64,000 nt of DNA from Octopus sinensis (taxonomy: Eukaryota), in assembly GCF_006345805.1 (NCBI RefSeq), contig NC_043006.1, positions 37,076,001 through 37,140,000 on the forward strand, given 5' to 3'. A program made the translations under genes and the position numbers. The notes beneath the pieces were generated by a model. The model saw only the letters and a list, made by a program, of their open reading frames with translations. It ran no database searches and had not been told where the DNA came from. Within the stretch, counting starts at the first letter, position 1. Each line of letters opens with the position of its first letter. Positions 39,073 to 54,394 of this stretch are shown here, one piece after another.

Positions 39073-39435
39073 GTATATATATGTGTGTGTAGATAGATTC
39101 CTTCGCTAGTGATGCCAACCAGGCGCTGATATGCTCGTGCATTGCCATGGTACACTGCTACACATATATATTTAATTTGTTTTGAACTCTAGTCGGTACC
39201 TGATGAGGGAAATACCCCGCAGTGCAAGCTCGATGTAAAATCTAAAATAAAGTTTTATGCTTGCATGCATGCATGCGGGTGCGTGTGTGTGTATGTGTAT
39301 ATGCGTTTGTGTTTGTGTGTGCTTAAGTGTTGGTGTGTGTATATTCTTCTTCTTCTTCTTCTTCTGGTTATTTTTATTGCAGATTGCAGTAGAATTTTTA
39401 GAGTTGTACATACACCAGCATAGCTACAGATCAAA

Positions 39436-39475
<40 letters not shown>

Positions 39476-39592
39476 TATAGGCTCGAAACGTAAAAGACTT
39501 GTTTTATTTATATTCCTGAGCGCCATACTAATACATTGTTTGTTTGTATTCCACCTGCCTTCGTCTTTTGTTTATTTTCATAAAGCTTCCCG

Positions 39593-39665
<73 letters not shown>

Positions 39666-40105
39666 GAACGTATATATGTATTGGAATGTCGAAAAGCGTA
39701 AGTGTGAGTATTGTCTCTTATATTAAATAGGTTTGGAGTCATACCAGAAGAGTTGGTGCTCATCTACATTTATAAGCGTTGAGGCTATAAAGATGTATGA
39801 ACCATACAATATTTCCTTTTGTGTGTGTTTGTGATCTGTGTGAGTTCTACGTGGGAGATATTTTTTCTTTGTAGTTTTTAACAAGATCTTCGTTGAAGCA
39901 GTTTGCATTGTATATGAATTTTTGGGCATTTTCAAAAAGTACGTTTTAATGTTTATTCTTATGTCCAGTTTGATCATCGATTCACGCATTTAGGAGCCGT
40001 TTCATATTAAGTAGTACATCAGATGCCTCGGCAGTTAACGCAGTAACTGCAGGAACAAATGACTTAATCTTTCCTTTATTGTCATGTATCATCCGTTCTG
40101 TTGAT

Positions 40106-40350
40106 CTGTGCTTCTCAACCGCAGTATATATGGCCCTAGGGAGTCCATAAAACATTTTGTTAAAATATATGTGAAAAAAATTTGGTTATACTACTAAAAT
40201 GCGCAAAAGATTTTTAACAATTCCCTAATAGTATTTAATGATAAAAATACAATAGGTTTTTTTTTATACATGTCAAATGGCTATGGGGGTCCAGAAGAGT
40301 AAAATATGAATTATTGGGGCCCACAGGTAAACATTAGCTTAGAACCACTG
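40106..40350. mobile_element. hAT-type MITE, degraded
   Basis: TIRs CTGTGCTTCTCAACC / GCTTAGAACCACTG, with 8-bp flanks CTGTTGAT / CTTTAGAT (6/8). Confidence 0.65.
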
Positions 40351-41393
40351 CTTTAGATGTTCTGGTAAGGGAAGAAGTGGGCGTCGGGATTTGTGCGAGG
40401 CCTGTGGAGGTGAAAACAAAATATAGAGGATGAGAAGAAGAGTGAAGTAAGAGTTATTATTGCCTGTCTGGAGAGGGTTCGAGACCAGCTTACTCTGAGG
40501 GGTAGAGGCTACTGTGGTGCCCATAGAAAGTAGGGATGGGAATGAAGTTTGTTTAGGAACGACATAAGGGTCAGTCGAATGGATGCGGTCTAGATTGCGC
40601 GCAGCCGAGCGTGTGTAGTAACAGCAACATGGTTTCCATCGTACCACATGTGGAAGTTATTCTGCATTATAGATTTCATTTGATATTTTTAAACAGTCAG
40701 TAGTTGTTAGAGATGGATGAAATGGTTTCTTCTTCTAAAAGGGAAAAGTAGTCTTTATAATACAGCCTGTGCTGTACTGAAAATGTTTGTTTAGTTATGA
40801 GAGATTCTCAAGTGTTTGAGGCGTTTTGGCACAGCTGTTTTGGCGCCGCCTTCTTGGCGTCATAGATTTGATGTCGACTTATTTGACAGAGGACGTTTTA
40901 ATGCCTCTCTTTCTCTCTCACTCTGTTTATATGTGTGAACATATTTCTCACTATGTGAATGAAGAGCCGAGAAGTGTTTATGTCAATCGGATTCAATTTA
41001 TAAATTGTAGCATTTTTCTCACTCTCTCTGCATGCGCACAATTCTACGCACGTGCATATATATATGCGTATGTATGCGTGTGTGCACGCGTGCGTGCGTG
41101 TTTGCTTCTAGCGCCAAGAAGCACTATCACCAATACAGGCTGCATGTCCAGTCAACCGTGTTAAATCGCCAGTGCGTAAACAACTGCGCCCAATCGACTC
41201 ATTCCACCTCAGGAATAGTGATGTCCCTCTTTTCAAGTGATCGAGAAACTTGAAGTTGCCTGAGGTTCATGCTTAAAAAACGAGGATACTGAGTGGCATA
41301 TTTTCTTTTTATATGTTGATATGTTGATAGAGGTGACGCGTAGCTTAGTGGTTAGGGTGTTGGACTCATGATTGTAAGATTGTGGTTTCGATT

Positions 41394-41835
41394 AAGATGG
41401 CGAGCTGGCAGAAACGTTAGCAGGCCGGGCAAATTCCTTAGCGGTATTTCGTCTGTTTTTACGTTCTGAGTTCAAATTCCGCCGAGGTCGACTTTGCCTT
41501 TCATCCTTTTGGGGTCGATAAATTAAGTACTAGTTGCGTACTGAGGTCGATCTAATCGACTGGCCCCCACCCCCCAAAATTTCGGGCCTTGTGTCTAGAG
41601 TAGAAAAGAATATTTTTGCAATGAAAGGCGGCGGGTTGGCAGAACCATTAGCACGCTGGGTGAAATAATTAGCGGTATTTCGTTTGTCTTTACGTTCTGA
41701 GTTCAAATTCTGCCGAGGCCGACTTTTACTCTCATCCTTTCGGGGTCAATAAATTAAGTACCAGTTGCGTACTGGGGTCGATCTAATCTACTGGTCCTCT
41801 TCCCCAAAATTTTGGACCCTGTGCCTAGAGTAGAA
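41394..41835 (+). mobile_element. Two head-to-tail F1 SINEs inserted into an F3 SINE, with a single 18-bp TSD
   Basis: TSD AAGATTGTGGTTTCGATT (41376-41393) / AAGATTGTGGTTCCGATT (41836-41853). The host F3 resumes after it. Confidence 0.9.
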
Positions 41836-42250
41836 AAGATTGTGGTTCCGATTCCTGGACCGGATGCCGTGTTGTGTTCTTGAGCAAAACACTTTATTTC
41901 ACGTTGCTCCTATTCACTCAGCTGGCAAAAATGAGTGATCCTGTGACGGATGTAGTGCCGTCCAGGTGGGAGATATATACTCTATGGAAAGCAGAAAACT
42001 GGCCCATGCGAGGTGGCATGGCTTGAGAAGGAAATTTACTTTACTTTTATATATATTCACTGTAACTTTGTGTAGCTGAAGAATGCACGATAAGAGTAGC
42101 ACCGGTACTCATGAGATAGAATAACGAAAGTTATGACCTTTCGTTGCTCAGAGAAAGCAAAGATGCAGTTATGTGTCTGTCAATTTCTATGTAGCCTTAT
42201 CCACATATTCAAACATGCATATGTAGGTATGTATGCATTTACTACGTATG

Positions 42251-42290
<40 letters not shown>

Positions 42291-42316
42291 ATATATGTAT
42301 ATATATATATATTATA

Positions 42317-42372
<56 letters not shown>

Positions 42373-42444
42373 TTATATATATATATATACATATATATCT
42401 ATGCATGCATGTATGCTTATATATATACATATACAATATATACA

Positions 42445-42486
<42 letters not shown>

Positions 42487-42642
42487 ATTATATATATATA
42501 TATATATATATATCTATTATATGCTTCTACGACTAGTATGTCATAGAGAAATCTTATGAAGATTCTCTTGATGAAACTATAGTCCTGTATCCTTCATATA
42601 ATAAATAATTTACTCTGCTATGTATAGTACCTATACTCCCGG

Positions 42643-42688
<46 letters not shown>

Positions 42689-42889
42689 GTTATTCAGGTC
42701 TCACAGTGTGTGATAAAATGATAACAAGTACTCTGTTTATTTAGGCTGTGATAAACTTCATACAAAAAAAAAGAGGTTAGCTGCAGTCAAGCTCCATGAA
42801 CTAGATTCAACAAATGTCGGTTGCCAATAGATACGTATTGTTTTGTTTGTGTGTGTTTGAGTGTGTATGTATGTATGTATATGTGTGTG

Positions 42890-42930
<41 letters not shown>

Positions 42931-42985
42931 GAGAGATGTGTGTACGTTGGCAAGAAGATACGTATTTATTGGTGCATAAATCTTA

Positions 42986-43018
<33 letters not shown>

Positions 43019-43035
43019 ATCTAGATATGTGCATA

Positions 43036-43332
43036 TCTTTATGTATAAAAGTGAAGTTGTGTGTCCGTCTCCTACGATTTAGATTCCTAACTACTCCCAC
43101 ATTTTGCGGTGCAGTTTAACCAAAACCGGGTATCTTATAGTCGTGATTCATATCGAGCCCTTCTGGGTATTAGCGCGCGTCTACGATGAGTCTACGATTA
43201 AAAAAAAAATTACCATAATTTTTTTTCCATTTTTAATGCATTTTTTTGCTATTTTTTTGGCTATAACTCTCTAAAAATGCTTATATAGTTATTTCCCTTA
43301 CAAACCCGAGCAACGCCGGGCGATACTGCTAG
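43036..43332 (+). mobile_element. Short non-autonomous Helitron (297 bp)
   Basis: A|TC start, hairpin CCCGAGCAACGCCGGG (43305-43320) and CTAG|T end. Confidence 0.85.
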
Positions 43333-44256
43333 TATATATATATATATATCCACACACACACACACACGCGCGCGCGCGGGGGTGCATACAGATGTGTGAC
43401 TTACTTAACGTATGCATATCGTTGAAATGCCAGAAGATGATGCAATGGTCGTCTCCTGGAAAGAACCCTTTATAGACGTACTGTATTAATAACACAATAT
43501 ATTTCAGACCTAGACGAAAACAAAATATTCACGGGAGCACCAGCGGCAGTGAGTGATGCGTATTTCGCTGCTCCTGCGGCTTGTCAGCGTCCTTGTACCA
43601 CGAACTCTACTGATGCCGTTAAACAGTGCTTCTCAAGGCGTGTTTTGCAATGACTATTACCAAGACCCACGGACAGACCTCAAAGCCTTTAGCATTTAAA
43701 TGGCTCAGTCAAATATAATGCAATGTAATCCACATTGTTTTGAAAGAATCCCTTATTATCCGGTAGCTTCGAGATTTTGATGACGTTATTGTTTATTTTG
43801 AGAATGACATTGAAAGGTAGGTATGAAAGATGGATGTGGCTTGCTTAGATATAAAACAGGTGAAATATTCGGACCTGATGCGGCCGGATTAGCTGCTAAA
43901 GCATTAAAGTAATCGCTTTGGGGTTGGATCTCCTGTTTGTTTTATGGGCAATTATACGGTGAAACAGCCAGAACTGATAGTTCTGAGAAATTAATTACCG
44001 TGAGTCAAATCACCAAACAAGAAATGTGGTCTTCCAGTAAGCTTTATTAGATTCATACATTTCTGCATGACATAAACTAGAAGGTCAAGTTAGCAAAGGG
44101 GACCGATTTACAGTTAAAAGCATCACGTATAATTTATTAATAAAACAATTAAACACATTTAATCAACATGGCTTAATTTTACGCTTAATTAGTCGTAAGT
44201 GAACATTAAGGTAGTGGGCATTTGAAAGGGTGCACGGACTATGTGTGCGTATGTGT

Positions 44257-46331
44257 GTTAGTTAGTTAGTTAGTTAATTTGGCTCAAAAGCAAATAGCAA
44301 GGCCATGTAGGGGGACATGGAGTTAAGTACAGGGTGGTGTTTATGTAAAGAGTTCAGGCCACTTGAGGTCCAGGGAGGCTTTGAACAAAGCGGTCGTCGG
44401 CATCTTCACCATCTCGTCTGGCAGCTTGTTCCACGGATCCGCAACCCGGACGGAGAAAGCTCCTCTCCTTCGATTGAGATGAAATCGTCGCAGGTAGAGC
44501 TTTCGGAATGACCCCGCAGCCGACGCTCCGGAGCAGGAGTGAAGAACAGCTCTTTCGAGAGGTTACACTTCCCGCTTATGATGTTGTGGGCGAGAATGAG
44601 ATCACCACGGCGCGGCGTTTTTCAAGAGATAAAGGTCGAGCGTCCTCAGCCTTTCTTCGTAGGACAAATTTTTGAGACCATGAACCATGCGGGTAGCCAG
44701 CCTCTGGACTCTTTCGAGATGCTGTATGTTTGAGGAGATAAGGAGAAGAGGCTTGAATCCCATACTCCAATATGGGTCTCACCAGGTGACATAGAGTGGT
44801 AGGAATATGGCTGCTGTGAGAGCATTCGAATGACCGTCGAATCAAAAACAGAATTCCGCGCGCTTTGTTGGCAGCATGGACGCACTGGGCCGAAGGCGAA
44901 AAGGAGGAATACACCAAGATACCCAGGTCCTTTACCTGATCGGTCCTCTCCAGCAGCAGACGACCCGGCTCGAAATCAAGTTGAGTTGCAGGAGTAGAGC
45001 CGACAGGCAGATGACAGCACTTTGACACGTTCAGACACAGGTCCCAATCGTTAGACCACTTCCAAATTTGGTGGAGGCATCGACGAAGATCCTCTATACT
45101 ACCGCGAGGAGCGACCAGTTTGATATCGTCGGCAAATAGAAGGGGGTGTGTTGCGTGAGGTCGTCGGGCAAGTCATTTATGAAGACTAAGAACAACAAGG
45201 GCCCAGCACTGAACCTTGAGGCACGCCACTGCTCGCACTGGAGACGTCGGACCGCGAACCATTAACTTGAACTTGGAAGGAGCGATCTGAGAGGAAGGCA
45301 CCAACCCATCGTACAATATCCGGATGGAAACTATATGCTTGGAGCTTGACAAGTAGTAGGCGGTGGTTTACCGAGTCAAAAGCTTTGGCAAAGTCCAATA
45401 AAACGATGTCAACAGCATCACTATCATCGAGGATGCGCGTCACCAATTCTTCCATTCTAGTAGTTGGTCAAGCATGATCTCTTCGGCACGAAGCCGTGTT
45501 GGGAATCAGTGATCGAGGCTGTGTTTAGGAGGTGGAGCATCATACTTTCTTAAGGATGGTTCGAACATCTTGCTGATTATGGATGTAAGGGAACCGGTCG
45601 TTAGTTAAGCGGGTCTTCGCGGCTCCCTTTCTTGAAAATTGGGCAGATTATCGCTGTTCTCCAGTCTGCAGGTATAACACCCGTCGCCAATGACATATTG
45701 AATAGTCGTGTTAAGGGCTCGCAGATGACCGGAGCCAGCGCTTTGATAACCCGTGGGTGTATGCCGTCAGGGCCGTGACCCTTGTTGATATCGAGGCCTT
45801 GAATAACACGTTTGACTTCGTCCCGCGTGATGACCAATCGAAGCATTGGAGGTACCGATCTATCAAATGGGGGGGGGGGGGGTCACGACCATCATCATGT
45901 TTGAAAATAGTTGAAAAAGCCTCGGCAAATAATTGACTCTGTTGATAAGGGTCCTCAATCGATACGCCTGTTGAGTCTACCAACGTTGCAATCTGGTTGT
46001 TCAAGCGGGAATTCCGCTGGACATGGGCAAAGAAGGTTTTTGGATTGCTACTGGCATTTGCCGCGATTTTGTATTCATAACTGAAGCGTTCTTTCTTTTC
46101 AATTTTCACGGCTCGGTCTCGTTGAGTTTTGTACACCTCAAAAGCTGCAGTCGAATCCAGATTTTTGAATTCAGCCCAAGCAATATCTCTGAGTCGACGT
46201 TCTCGTTTAACCTTCTTCGTCACCCAGGGCTTGTGTTTCTTCCTCTTGGGAAGCCCAACGGGAACTGCCTGGTCAGTCAAACAGGTTACATATGCTTTGA
46301 GGGATGACCATAGTTCGTCAACTGACGACAA
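44257..46331 (-). mobile_element. CR1-clade LINE, 5'-truncated ORF2 (RT), frameshifted, with (TAAC)n tail
   Basis: GPDGIHPRVIK...DWRTAIICPIFKKGSREDP, LDFAKAFDSVNH, SGVPQGSVLGP, LFADDIKL, VKDLGILV, LVRPILEYG and RRRGDLI...WNKLPD, with the stop at 44341-44343. The tail reads TAGT repeats at 44257-44276 on the + strand. Confidence 0.93.
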
Positions 46332-46428
46332 GTACATGCGTGTGTGCATATATATATATGCACATACGCATGTACACACACATACGCACACATACATGGA
46401 TGTTTGTATTTATGTGTATATCCATGCA

Positions 46429-46460
<32 letters not shown>

Positions 46461-46467
<7 letters not shown>

Positions 46468-47466
46468 AAAAGGGTAAATAATTTTTCCGTGGTTTTTCGT
46501 ACAACCAACAAATATTTACCGGTAAATTTCGGTATGTAAATATGACTTTTAGCGTCAGGAACTTCTGTAGAGTTCAGTATATATAGTAAATATAATTAAA
46601 AGGGCAGGCAACAGGTTGCTCCGCCGCAGTCGTTTACTTAGTTTTAACATCTGCACATTTCCCCCCACTATCTGATGTCGCCTGGTCAGAGGTGGAGATT
46701 GGTGGGATTTGATAGATCTATCGAATATGGTGTTGACGAAAGAAATTAGGCAATTTCTAGCCTACGATCTAGAAACATGTTCATCATTAACGGTAAGAGA
46801 TTGTTTTCGTTTATTTACTACTCCGATTTTGCGTATGTGAATCGCAGGGTTTGTCGTATATGGAACCTCCACTTGTAGAAAATGGAAATAAACAGTTTTG
46901 ACTGCCATTTCTAATTCCTTCGGTATGCGGCGGAGCAACCTGTTGCCTGCCCTTTTAATTATATTTACTATATATACTGAACTCTACAGAAGTTCCTGAC
47001 GCTAAAAGTCATATTTACAAACCGAAATTTACCGGTAAATATTTGTTGGTTGTACGAAAAACCACGGAAAAATTATTTACCCTTTTTATTATATTACCAT
47101 GTGGATTTCTTACTCCATTGCGATCACCCAGGCGCGCATAGCAGAATTTTGGAGGGAAAATTTACGGTCCCAGTCGTTTACTTAGTTTTAACATCTGCAC
47201 ACTTCCCCCCACTATCTGATGTCGCCTGGTCAGAGGTGAAGGCTGGTGGCATTTGATAGATCTATCGAATATGGTGTTGACGAAAGAAATTAGGCAATTT
47301 CTAGCCTACGATCTAGAAACATGTTCATCATTAACGGTAAGAGATTGTTTTCGTTTATTTACTACTCCGATTTTGCGTATGTGAATCGCGGGGTTTGTCG
47401 TATATGGAACCTCCACTTGTAGAAAATGGAAATAAACAGTCTTTGACTGCCATTTCTAATTCCTTC

Positions 47467-47470
<4 letters not shown>
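46461..47470. mobile_element. Composite X-Y-X(inverted)-Z-Y element between two (TA)n tracts (Penelope-like terminal-repeat architecture)
   Basis: X 46461-46628 and inverted X 46926-47093 (168 bp, 1 mismatch seen). Y 46629-46925 and 47173-47470 (about 297 bp direct repeat). Z 47094-47172. The structure is seen directly; the class is inferred. Confidence 0.7.
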
Positions 47471-47511
<41 letters not shown>

Positions 47512-47654
47512 TTACCCATGGTGCTACGCAGCGGGACTGAACCCGGAATCATGTTGTTGGGAAGCAAACTTCTTCTATATACATATAATTGAACGCTAGC
47601 TCCAAAAGTTTTTTTTTTTAAATTTTAATTCTCTCTCTGTTTATTTCCTCTGTT

Positions 47655-47697
47655 CCTTTCTGTTGAAGAGCGTAGGCTCGAAACGGACGTAAAAGAC
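47655..47697 (+). ncRNA. Hammerhead-like motif with an A6-to-U core variant (family B)
   Basis: CCUUU-CUGUUGA-A-GAGC-GUAG-GCUC-GAAAC-GGAC-GUA-AAAGA, with helix I 4 bp and helix II 4 bp. Confidence 0.45.
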
Positions 47698-47811
47698 TTT
47701 CTCACCTTCCCGAGCGTTAAACTAATACACATGCTTGTTGTTTATACACCCCTGTCTTCGTCTTTTGTTTTTCAGTAATTTCAACTATAGGTGTATATAT
47801 ATATATATATC

Positions 47812-47909
<98 letters not shown>

Positions 47910-48038
47910 TATGTATGTATGTGTATATGTTATATATGTGTGTGTATATATGTATGTATGTATATATATATATGCATATACACACACCCGCATACCCACA
48001 CATATATACCTACATATATATATGTATAAATATGTATG

Positions 48039-48070
<32 letters not shown>

Positions 48071-48083
48071 ATATATATATATC

Positions 48084-48213
<130 letters not shown>

Positions 48214-51200
48214 GCATGTATGTATATATTATGTAAATATTTACATATAATATACGCACACACATATATATGTATGAAACACAAACCTACTGAGGCACCC
48301 TGAGTGTGTGAAAGGGAAGATTACATTACGATCTTGAGTTCTGTGTGTAGTCTTCAACTTCAAGGGAATAAAGATATTTCACTCGTCTATCAATTACCCG
48401 GTTCTCATTTTTTTTTTATACGTTTGTACTGCATTGATACACCGGAACAAATATAGATATATGTGTGTGTTGTGTCATTGAATCAACCCCAGCCCTTTTT
48501 ATCTTTTAAACCCTGGTACTTACTGGTACTCACTCAATCGGTCTCTTTTCACGAACCACTAAGTGACAGAGATGTAAATAAGCCAATGCCGGTTGTCAAG
48601 CGGCGGCAGGACACATGCACACATAGATAAATAACCACACACACACACACTATCTCTTCACATTCCCCAACGCTGAGGCTGTTATGTCATTGTAAGCCGA
48701 CTTGCTTAAAAATATGTTTGACATTCCTCATATATTTCGCATCGTTTCTTGTGGCATTCTCTTGTTTTTCCTTTTGTTTGTTTGTTTGTTTGTTTGTTTC
48801 TTTCTTTCTTTCATCTTCATGCGAGATTTGACTGTCTTCGTGTTCGTGTATATGCCTGTATATATGACTGCATGCGCGTATTTCTGAACGTGTGTGCGTG
48901 TGTGTGCGCGCGAGAAAGAAAGCGAGAGAGAGAAAGCGAGAGAGAGAGAAAGAAAGAGAGAGTGAGAGCACTGATGCATAGTTATAAAGTTTGCTTCCTA
49001 TCGCGAGGTCCCAGGTTTGATCCTACAGCGTATCATCTTCGCCATCACCTCCATCTTTCTGAAACAGCATAGATGGAAACTGTGCCGAAACCCGTCAGAA
49101 ATGGACTCCAACTGTAGCTAAAAGGTCCAACCTTATCATGCACAGTATTTCGACGGATCTGCCTGATGACTACGCAAAAAGGACACATTTCTATGGAATA
49201 CTCAGGGACGTACCTTTTAGTGTGTACCACCCGGAACAGCCCTTATGTTTGCCACATCTCCACTCCCGATGTCCCCTCCTCCTAGCTTTTACAGATTTAT
49301 ACATTAGACTCAAAAGTGCCGCCTCCATAAAAGCATCACCAGGGTGACTCTACTAGGAATACTCGACCACTTACACGCTAGTTGAATAGGGAGGTACCTT
49401 AGTTGATTGAACAGCCATCGTCGAAACCAACGAAGAACCATGTGTAGCTATGTGTCTATGACTATGTCTGAATGTGTTTGTGTGTTGGTGCGTTTGTTTG
49501 TTTGTGTGTGTATGTGTGTGTGTGTGTACTTGCGTGTGCGTGCGCGAGTGTGTGTGCGTGTGTGTGTGTAGTTCTTTTATTTAAAAAGAGCATCGAGCTA
49601 GAATTTTACTTTTATCCCTCCGCAGTCGACAAGACATAAGTACCAGTAAAATACTGTGGTCTTTGTTTAACCCAAAGTTAGGATTGCTCGAGCAGATGCA
49701 CCTATGATCCACGTATTTCCGCTATGAACATCCTATCTCGTCTTCAGAAGCATTATATTAATCAGTTTTTTTAAAACTACCAAAATCTTCTTTGAAGGTT
49801 ATTTGGCTATCATTTCTAGCAGATCGATCAACCATGTCGGGGTCTCCACCCCGTCGATGTTATGCACTCAGTGAATGTAGTACTGCCTCTGCAACTGGAT
49901 GTGAGTCAACCTATCTGAACGTATTTTGTGAACGCCTTTTATCGCCTAATTGCTTAGTCAGAGGAGAAAGAGAAGCACTCATGGCTCTTTCCAGGACCCT
50001 CAAGATTGGGAATAGGGAGCGGTAAAGGGAGAAGAAACCATGAGTCAATAGGTACATTGCATTTGACATGTTTCCGTCGATGGTATAAGACACTTAATCA
50101 AATTCAGCGCAAGGGAATTGAACCAGGAACTACGTAATTGTGAAGCGAACATATAAAACCAATCATGCCAAGCTTGTTTGGCATCCCACTACTTTTGATT
50201 TTGTTTACCCAAATTAACACACAAGATTTAGGGGTGCCCCGATGTTATGGGAGAAAACTGTCTGCGTTCAAGCTTGTTTTTATGTCTAAATCTTGCCGCG
50301 TGTCTTATGCACGCATATAACTATGTGTAAGTACAAACAGTCTATTATGTACATAAACAACGACTCCCTGTACGCGGAAATCTTTTTCCTACGAGAGTTC
50401 TGGACCCAGTAATGAACTTATTTGAATACAGCCAATCAGAGCTCACCTTGGCCTTGTTGTCAAGTTAACAAACACACTCTACCAAGTAAACTCAAGACAA
50501 AGAACAGTGTTGTAAGTCGATCAATCACCAAGATATGCCTGATTTTAGAAGGAGACAAATAATTAGATAGATTTGCTTCTATACCTATTATCGGATTATG
50601 TTAGGGCCCCATGTGGTAAAGATGTGGATGGGAAAAATATGGGTAGAGGGTGATGTGCTAGCAACCGTCACCCCTTACTGTTTTACGAAGTAGACAACAA
50701 CACAAATAACTACTCAGAAGCAGCCATGGTTGAAACAAGAACAAGAACAACAAGCGTTCTTAAAAGAGAAAAGAAGTATGGCCATTCCTTATCCAAGTGA
50801 CCTTATCTTATCACCATCACTTGTTAAGCACCCATGAATTAGTTTGATATTTGAAGTATGATTGGCTGTATGCAAATGAGTTCATAACTGGAGTCCGGAA
50901 CTCTCATGGGGCAAAAATTTCGCTCCCCGTACAATAGGAAAGAACCACATAGAAACGACATTTACAAATTTACATATAAGTCATCATTTTCCACACGAGA
51001 CTATCCATATTGTTTTCAAATTTAAGCACAAGGCCAGTAATTTAGGGGTAGGGGATTATTCGACCCCAGTGATCCCAGTGCTCAACTCGGACTTATTTTA
51101 TCGACTCCGAAAGAATGAAAGACAAAGTCGACATCGGCAGAATTTGAACTTAGAGCGTAAAAACGGACGAAGTGCCACTAACTTTGTTAACGATTCTGCC

Positions 51201-51880
51201 AGCTCGCCGCCATTCGCGACACGTTCATATTAATCACATTGAATTAATATCCGCTTTGTGAACGTGCTTGACCTAGAAGTTAGTGTTGCGTTCACGATCG
51301 TAAGATCGTGGTTTCGTTTCCTGGACCGGGCAGTGCGTTGTACTCACAAGTAAAAGGCTTCATTTCACGTAGCTCCAGTCTACATAGCCGTAAATGAGTT
51401 CCGCCAATAGCTGGCGAGGTTAACACTGCAATGGACTGGCGTCCCATTCAGGTGGGAGTTATACACCATGGAAACCGAGTAAAGCTCTGGCATTATGAGA
51501 CCTACGGCTAATGACATACCGAAGTATGTCTAATTACAGTATAATGGTATATTTTACAGACAAAAGACAGCGAACCTTCTACAATTTGGGGTGGAGCAAT
51601 AAAAACGCTATGAACATCCTCCTGAAAAACTTCATCACTAAAATGAATGAGCGTAGAAACATTTTTGGAATAATTTAAAACAAAAGTTTTCCATTAGTAC
51701 ATTTATAAGATTTGCCTGATGTGCAGATACGATAATAATAGCTACTAAGACCTGAGTTTGCACCCACCTAAGCAAATTTTGGTCCCGCACTAATACCACT
51801 GGGAAGACACCAATCAGTTATAGCAAGGTAATATTCACAGAAAGTGCTCAACAAATATTCATGTGTGTGTATATATATAT

Positions 51881-51918
<38 letters not shown>

Positions 51919-51964
51919 GATATATATATATATATATATATAATATATTATATATGTCTATAGT

Positions 51965-53565
<1,601 letters not shown>

Positions 53566-53705
53566 TACTTATAAATACACACACACATACACGCATACAT
53601 ATATGCACACATATACATAATCATGCGGGACTATTAGAGCTACAGAGAGAGAGAAAGAGAGAGAGAGAGAGAGTTAAAGGGAGAGGAAGGGGAGAGAGAT
53701 AAAGG

Positions 53706-53767
<62 letters not shown>

Positions 53768-54394
53768 AAGGCGAGATGACAGATTGAATAAATGATAAAT
53801 AAAGGAATGGAGAAGCCAAGTTCGGCCAGAAACACGATTGGATTTGATCGATAGATTAGCCAAGACAACACAGTAACCTACTTAGAAAGCTATATCCTCG
53901 TCCATTCACTTCTAGCTCCTTCTCTCTCCGACTCTCCCTCACTCACACATATACACACACAAGTACATATACTCTCTCTCTCTCTCTCTCACTCTCTCAT
54001 TCTTTCCTAATCTCTTTCTTTCCTTCTTTTCTTTACTCTTGATTCAGTATCATTCAAACTCTTTGATGTAACACGCATTGATTCACTTTGATCTAACATA
54101 ATCTCCCTCCCACTCACTCATGTACACACGCACACACACAGATACAAACACTCTCTCCCTCCTTCTTTCTCTCTCTCTCTCTCTCTCCCTTTTTCTCTGC
54201 ATAGAAATGGAGGCAGAGTACGACCCTTCCCTCAAAAGAACTGGACTCTAAGTCATATATGCTCGGTTAACCAGTTTTTGATAGTTGGGGGTACTTCCTG
54301 CAATCTTTCACATTTTACATGACGTAGTACACACATCTTATTTTAACTGGCCAATAGAAAAAAAGTTGCTGAAGCTGATTTGCAATTGATTTCT

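Noticed and set aside
39195-39225. CTGATGA-GGG-AAATA-CCC as an active hammerhead
   Set aside because: The GAAA core half is replaced by CGCAG, so at best it is a dead relic.
45869-45882. Poly-G run as a functional G-quadruplex
   Set aside because: A homopolymer expansion inside a dead CR1 ORF, whose length is also error-prone in assemblies.
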